A stretch of DNA of 64,000 nt from a virus. Taxonomy: Duplodnaviria; Caudoviricetes. Under the pieces are notes generated by a model that was not told where the DNA came from, searched no databases, and saw only the letters and a program-made list of their open reading frames with translations. Both the position numbers and the translations under genes were made by a program. This document shows positions 59,024 through 64,000 of this stretch, piece after piece. The stretch spans positions 64,001 to 128,000 of IMG/VR virus record IMGVR_UViG_3300037067_015585; one strand, written 5' to 3'. Each line of letters starts with the position of its first letter. Positions within the stretch are counted from its first letter, which is position 1.

Positions 59024-60446
59024 TTTTGGTCTTTAACATATATCCACCACGTGAACTTGCTAAGAAACGATCGAAAGAAAGCCCCCATCTGATTGAATTC
59101 ACAGTGTGAATACCAAGCAAGTAGCACACAAACGATCCGGCACAACTGCCACGTGGGCCAAATGGCCAACCCTGCCGCCTACCCCATTGAATGATGTCTC
59201 TTGTGATTAGAAAATAGCTAGAAAATCCCTTGTCGATAAACCTACTAAGTTCAATTTCTGCTTGTTCGGAATAAGTAACATCACGACCATCACAAGGCCA
59301 CTTTGTCGTATCCTTATCCCAACCACGTTTCCTTAATTCGTCATAAACAATCTCTCTAAGCTTCTCATTCGCATTCACGCCTGGCTCTATCATAGACCAC
59401 TGCGGAATCTTGGGCGACGTATCTGGTGCAAGCTTTTCACATCGCTCCGCTACCAATAGAGTATTGTCGCAAATTTCTTCGAATTTTGAATCATCAACAG
59501 ATTTTGAATATCCACAATTCTTAAATGTTGCCCACAACTCAGCACGAGTCTTAAAATATTGCTCATCACTTTGCGATGCAAACATGTCTTTATTATAAAT
59601 ATTAGTATTTTGCCCGATCGCCATCATTACTCTCTGTATATATGAATCAGCTTGTGTTAAATAATGACAATCGTTAGCAATAACTGCTTTTATACCGCAT
59701 TCGTCAGCTATATTTATTAATTTTTTGAATACTTTGACGTCATGTAAACCTATATCTCCATCCTTACGCACTGTATCAGATCTTTCTGGTGGTAAACATG
59801 GCATCTGCACTTCTATGAAGAAATCCTCACCGAATACCTCCTTAAATCTTTTGACATATTGTGTTGCAGTCAAATCACATTCAGCGCGCGGATGAGGTTT
59901 TCTTTCCTTAAATAAGTTGTCAACATCTAGTCGTATTTCATATGCAGTTGGGCCATTAATACAACCAGATAATATTATCAATCCCTCTTTATGCTCGCAC
60001 AATTTCTCAAACCATATTCGCGGATTACGATAGAAAGATTCATGTGCTAACGTCGTCAATTTTATAAGATTCGAAACTCCAACGGCGTTCTTACAAAGGA
60101 CGGTTAAATGTCTATTGCGTGTTATGCGAAAATGTAAATCTTTATCTAGACTACCTAATTTGACTTTATTTTTTTCAAACTCTTTCCTTTTTAATTCATA
60201 GTCATTGTAATAAATCTCCGCACCCGCTATATATTTCAATCCTCGCTTTTTGAAGGCGAAATACATGTCCGGAAGTGACGCCATGTGCCCATGCTCTGTA
60301 GCAGCCATTGCCTGAAAACCATGTTGTATACAGGCATCAGCATATTGTTCTGCCGAAGGAACGCCATCTAAAGAGCTAAATAGACTATGAACATGTAAAT
60401 GTACAAAATCTTTAGGACCGGTATATTGAGATGGTTCAACTTCCAT
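59016..60446 (-). CDS. dnaE: DNA polymerase III alpha subunit, PHP / N-terminal part
   Basis: FVHLHVHSLFSSLDG, TEHG, HLTVL, SGCING, NDCHY, GPRGSCAGS and FDRFL. Confidence 0.93.
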   Translation of the reverse strand: MEVEPSQYTGPKDFVHLHVHSLFSSLDGVPSAEQYADACIQHGFQAMAATEHGHMASLPDMYFAFKKRGLKYIAGAEIYYNDYELKRKEFEKNKVKLGSLDKDLHFRITRNRHLTVLCKNAVGVSNLIKLTTLAHESFYRNPRIWFEKLCEHKEGLIILSGCINGPTAYEIRLDVDNLFKERKPHPRAECDLTATQYVKRFKEVFGEDFFIEVQMPCLPPERSDTVRKDGDIGLHDVKVFKKLINIADECGIKAVIANDCHYLTQADSYIQRVMMAIGQNTNIYNKDMFASQSDEQYFKTRAELWATFKNCGYSKSVDDSKFEEICDNTLLVAERCEKLAPDTSPKIPQWSMIEPGVNANEKLREIVYDELRKRGWDKDTTKWPCDGRDVTYSEQAEIELSRFIDKGFSSYFLITRDIIQWGRRQGWPFGPRGSCAGSFVCYLLGIHTVNSIRWGLSFDRFLASSRGGYMLKTKID

Positions 60447-60455
60447 AATTTTCCG

Positions 60456-61526
60456 TTAAGATGCTGACGCAGCAATTAAACATCCCTCTGCTACAGCGAA
60501 TAGTGGGTCTTTGCATCGTTTCACTTTACTAACGTCAAATGGTGGCTTTTCTTCTTGGAATAATTGAGCCACCAAATCTTCAAATCCAGTTGGACACGAT
60601 GTTCCACCAGCCATAAATACATCAATTGGCTTATCGATACGAGCGCTAGTCTCGTGCTCGATAAATCCTTGTACGATTCCGCGAATGACGTTTTGGATTA
60701 AAATGCGATAATGAAGAACGATGTCGAGTTCTAATCTAGTTGAATAAGTCTGCGTCAAGTCAATCTTTTCTTTTAATCTACAAACAGTCGTCGGTGTTTC
60801 TGCAGACTTTTTGTGTGGCATATTAGAATCGTAGCCATGTCGCTTAGCAACTTCGGCATCTATCCAGTCACCAGCACCAACCCAACTAAACGAATAGATC
60901 TCGTTGCCCCAAAGGACATAACTGACAGTTACAGTACCAGCACCCCAAGAAATACCAATACCTGTCGCATCTGGAGTCTCTTTAAGAACAATAGCATGCG
61001 ATTCTTTAATCGAAGTAGTCTTGATTTTTGATTCTGTTTGATAACCAGAAATGATCAAATTCAAGACTTGTTGGTGATAATCGATATTCATCGATTGATT
61101 TAGTGCTTTCGCTGTTGTGCAATAGCATAAATTGATTTCTGGATCAAATGCACCGGCATCATGCTCTGCCATAGATAACAAGCCTTGCACAATACTCGAT
61201 AGCACCATCAAAGCAGCCTCATCTGGTGCTACTCCTCCCTCAGCCATAGGACGCAATAACGTATCATTGTGTGCATATGCAAGTTCTTCAGCATCCTTGC
61301 CAAGTACGTAGATACCATCTTTACCATCTAGACGAATCCATTTGGCCGCACGTTTTGTTCCGTCAGATCGCATCTTGTCCGGATCATCAAGCATATTTTC
61401 CACAAACTTGCTTGGTCGTGGAATTAGATAATATCCATTGATTTCTCTCAGGAATACTAATTTTTTATTATGCCGAAACGACATAACTATATTCTTAGTA
61501 CCAATATCGATACCGATTGCGTTCAT
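60456..61526 (-). CDS. Actin-like ATPase (MreB/ParM/MamK superfamily)
   Basis: IGIDIGT (phosphate 1), GISWGAGTV (phosphate 2), AGGTS (adenosine) and DPLFAVAEGCL. AGGAG SD before ATG 61526; an alternative start at 61607 is possible. Confidence 0.85.
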   Translation of the reverse strand: MNAIGIDIGTKNIVMSFRHNKKLVFLREINGYYLIPRPSKFVENMLDDPDKMRSDGTKRAAKWIRLDGKDGIYVLGKDAEELAYAHNDTLLRPMAEGGVAPDEAALMVLSSIVQGLLSMAEHDAGAFDPEINLCYCTTAKALNQSMNIDYHQQVLNLIISGYQTESKIKTTSIKESHAIVLKETPDATGIGISWGAGTVTVSYVLWGNEIYSFSWVGAGDWIDAEVAKRHGYDSNMPHKKSAETPTTVCRLKEKIDLTQTYSTRLELDIVLHYRILIQNVIRGIVQGFIEHETSARIDKPIDVFMAGGTSCPTGFEDLVAQLFQEEKPPFDVSKVKRCKDPLFAVAEGCLIAASAS

Positions 61527-61599
61527 TGATGTTCTCCTGATTGGGCAGTTATCACCAAGTCCAAATACTAAATCAGATTCCTCTAACTCCTCATTTTCA

Positions 61600-61929
61600 C
61601 TATCCATCTCGTTTTTTGGTAACTCTTGTACCAAATCCACCTTTGGGCATTGGTGGCCGTCCGAGTAGTGGAGCGAGAGTTTCTGGGGGAAGATCTGGCG
61701 CACTGAGAAATGGAGTGGGAACAGACTGCTCTGCGGCATTAATAGCTCGCGTTGCAGTTCTTTGCTCTCCGGCATGTGTTCCGGAGGCAGTTTGCGCAGA
61801 CGATCTTTCCACGTTGCGATTAACAATTGATTTCCCAGAGAGTTCTCTATATATCACAAGCACTAGCACTAATGAGATCAATGAAACAATCAAAGCTACC
61901 AGTGCAATCAAAAGTGCTGCAATGTCCAT
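61600..61929 (-). CDS. Single-pass membrane protein
   Basis: N-terminal hydrophobic run of about 25 residues, then a Pro-rich tail. Confidence 0.75.
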   Translation of the reverse strand: MDIAALLIALVALIVSLISLVLVLVIYRELSGKSIVNRNVERSSAQTASGTHAGEQRTATRAINAAEQSVPTPFLSAPDLPPETLAPLLGRPPMPKGGFGTRVTKKRDG

Positions 61930-61934
61930 AGTAC

Positions 61935-63440
61935 CTACTTATTGGGCTCAGTGTCTTCGACACTGCTAGTTATATATTCATAACGTAGTAAACTAATATT
62001 CCATTTCTTTAGAGGACCAATCAACATGTCGTAACCCCTATTTATGCGAGCCAGATAATTTTTAGTATCTTTGTTGTTAGGCCAGTACTTCCCACGATTA
62101 TATTGCGGCACCAGTGTCGTATGACTATGACCATCAGGAGCAAGTTTAGCATCGCACCCAAATAAAGTAATCGATTTTGCACCGATGAAAGCAGCTATAT
62201 GAATAGCAGTATGGACTGTTGAAGCATGATGGAAGAATGGTTGATCTTTATTATTCAAGCAGCCACTACCATCTTGTGATCCAAGTTCAAATGTTGTGCA
62301 ATCGGAGAACTTTGGTGGTGGCTCTATAGATGTCACGCCAGCAGCAGTTTTCAATTTTTTTGGTATCAATAATTGATTTGGTTGATATTTCTTTGAGTCT
62401 AAAACAGTCTCTGCTGGCTTAAGATCGTGAAAAACGACATAATTACAATCGAATACCAATGCGTTGTAGTTCACTCCGATCACAACATCAAAATCATCTA
62501 AAATGCCTTTTGTCACATGATCTAGTGAAGGTCCTGCACCAAGCACAGCAACGCGAGCATTGGCATGCTTGTTTTTTAATAGCTCGATTCCACGTAAATC
62601 TGGAAGAAAATTATCTAAAAACCACTGGAACGGTCTTTTTTGGATTCTGTCACGTATTGCCAGACGTTCAGATATATCTCCAAATTTTATATCCCCCGGT
62701 TTTTTCCGAATCGCCTGGTAAAACAATTTTTTGTAATCATCAAACCACACTTCAGCTATGCGTGCCTTATTACTCTCTAAAGTCGTTGTATCAAACTCAT
62801 AGTTGAATTTGTTTTTAAACCAATGCGCAACCACAGAGTCACGAATTACTTCTACAGATCCACCAGCAAGCCAAGTACGTAATGAAAATTCGATATTTTC
62901 GCATCCCCATTTATACATCCCTATATCAAAGCCGCCAATTTCATCCCACCATCGTTTTGTAAAAGCAAAGCAGTGCCCTGCTAATGCTGGCATGTTATCA
63001 GTGCCGTCATCTGATATCCAATTAAAGTCCAGATTCCAACGCCATCCGGTTTTAGCATATGCCGCTGTTGTTTCTGTCCAAGTTGGCGCATCTAAACCTC
63101 TAGTAAGCGGAACGGCAACGCAATTATACTTATCTGTCAATCGTTCTATAATCGGTGGCAACCAATTGGGTGCAACCTTAATATGCGGATCAATAGAAAC
63201 TACGATTGGAGATTTTACATATGATGTACCAGTATTTCGTGATCTGATTAGACCTTCCCTTGTCGCATTGCGTACAATTGTAGTGTTTGGTCTATTAATT
63301 TGCACTGGGATTTTGCTACAATCATCAACGATCACGAAACCATCAATTAAACCTGGCTGTGTATTTTCTATAATTGTATCTATCGTTTTTTCGGTATATT
63401 CTTCATTTAACACAGACATCACAATTGTCGCTGTCAACAT
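61935..63440 (-). CDS. Polypeptide GalNAc-transferase (GT27)-like domain fused to a Maf/DUF115-like domain
   Basis: VDDCS, REGLIRSR, DPH, WGCENIEFSLRTWLAGG, IAEVWFDDYK, GDISER and FQWFLDN; then VLGAGPSL, IGVN and STVHTAIHIAAFIGAKSITLFGCD. Confidence 0.85.
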   Translation of the reverse strand: MLTATIVMSVLNEEYTEKTIDTIIENTQPGLIDGFVIVDDCSKIPVQINRPNTTIVRNATREGLIRSRNTGTSYVKSPIVVSIDPHIKVAPNWLPPIIERLTDKYNCVAVPLTRGLDAPTWTETTAAYAKTGWRWNLDFNWISDDGTDNMPALAGHCFAFTKRWWDEIGGFDIGMYKWGCENIEFSLRTWLAGGSVEVIRDSVVAHWFKNKFNYEFDTTTLESNKARIAEVWFDDYKKLFYQAIRKKPGDIKFGDISERLAIRDRIQKRPFQWFLDNFLPDLRGIELLKNKHANARVAVLGAGPSLDHVTKGILDDFDVVIGVNYNALVFDCNYVVFHDLKPAETVLDSKKYQPNQLLIPKKLKTAAGVTSIEPPPKFSDCTTFELGSQDGSGCLNNKDQPFFHHASTVHTAIHIAAFIGAKSITLFGCDAKLAPDGHSHTTLVPQYNRGKYWPNNKDTKNYLARINRGYDMLIGPLKKWNISLLRYEYITSSVEDTEPNK

Positions 63441-63448
63441 TTTACTTC

Positions 63449-64000
63449 CTAAACAGGGTTTAACATCGTATCACCAACAATCTTAAATTCAACACCGCGA
63501 TTCTTGATTTCGCCGATTGCGGTATTCATTACTACACGTTGATTATCTGAAATACTTCCTGGTCTTCGAGTATTGTAGAAATAATGCCGCCCTGTGCTAT
63601 TGAAACAACAGCCATATAACACAATCTTAGAAGCACCCATAATGTATGCTAATTGTACAGCACAACAGCTTATTGTTCCGCCGAACATCAAATAATTCAT
63701 ATCTTTCTTTAATCTATCGGGTTTGAACCATCTATACATGAAAGTGATATGTGGCTCGACTGGTTTTGGTAATTCTATACTATTTTGTTTAGGTGTTGAA
63801 ACGGCTGCGCGTACTATGTGTGGAAACAATTCATCAGGATAAAGAATTCTATCTTGCGCAGCAGTTATTTTTGCTATTACTCTAATTTTAGAACAGTCGA
63901 TTCTAAACCAATCAAAAAGTGATGATCTAGAATCACCGCACATGAAATAGTCTAGTTTCTCGCCTAGCTTCGCAGCACCATTCACACCAATAGAAATATC
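63449..64000 (-). CDS. Maf/DUF115-like glycosyltransferase-fold protein (5' truncated by the window)
   Basis: Frame open to the edge (DISIGVNGA...); GGTISCCAVQLAYIMGASKIVLYGC. Confidence 0.7.
   Translation of the reverse strand, partial: DISIGVNGAAKLGEKLDYFMCGDSRSSLFDWFRIDCSKIRVIAKITAAQDRILYPDELFPHIVRAAVSTPKQNSIELPKPVEPHITFMYRWFKPDRLKKDMNYLMFGGTISCCAVQLAYIMGASKIVLYGCCFNSTGRHYFYNTRRPGSISDNQRVVMNTAIGEIKNRGVEFKIVGDTMLNPV

Noticed and set aside
58118-59030. Intron or split intein explaining the dnaE interruption
   Set aside because: The interval is filled by two coupled ORFs with no homing-endonuclease or intein motifs and no room for a group I/II intron core
61527-61826. 100-aa N-terminal extension of the actin-like ORF in the track
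   Set aside because: It overlaps the membrane-protein gene; the fold starts at MNAIGIDIGT with its own AGGAG (only a start at 61607 remains plausible)
1-64000. Stop-codon reassignment, as seen in some large phages
   Set aside because: Conserved genes are full length in code 11, and TAA, TAG and TGA all end genes at expected positions

Overview
This 64-kb window is an internal segment of a large lytic dsDNA phage genome, probably a jumbo myovirus with T4-like virion genes. It is gene-dense, mostly on the minus strand, and uses the standard genetic code. No tRNA, CRISPR array, integrase or reverse transcriptase is visible, and capsid, portal and terminase genes lie outside the window. From left to right it contains: the 5' part of a tape-measure gene (missed by the ORF track), a baseplate hub, primase, two large discoidin-domain virion proteins, a gp26-like chaperone, three tail-tube paralogues, tail sheath, gp15/gp14/gp13-like neck and tail-completion genes, and a six-gene glycosyltransferase cluster. 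Next come a replication/recombination block (HJ resolvase, 5'-3' exonuclease, gp32-like SSB, UvsY-like, minimal PolA-like, GroES, DnaB, RecA, UDG), two collagen-like fibres, a split DnaE, an actin-like ATPase and two more glycosyltransferase-like genes. The best candidate for an undescribed system is a phage protein O-glycosylation pathway. It centres on an enzyme matching eukaryotic mucin-type polypeptide GalNAc-transferases (GT27) over the whole catalytic domain, fused to a Maf/DUF115-like domain, in a genome that also encodes Ser/Pro mucin-like and Thr-rich collagen virion proteins. Other highlights are a four-deep nested domain architecture, an ATG/TTG/ATA start-codon series on the tube paralogues, a candidate programmed frameshift, an internally inverted nuclease gene, two phage promoter motifs, and a Planctomycete-type dockerin suggesting the host. 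All family calls come from motif recognition by eye; no database searches were run.
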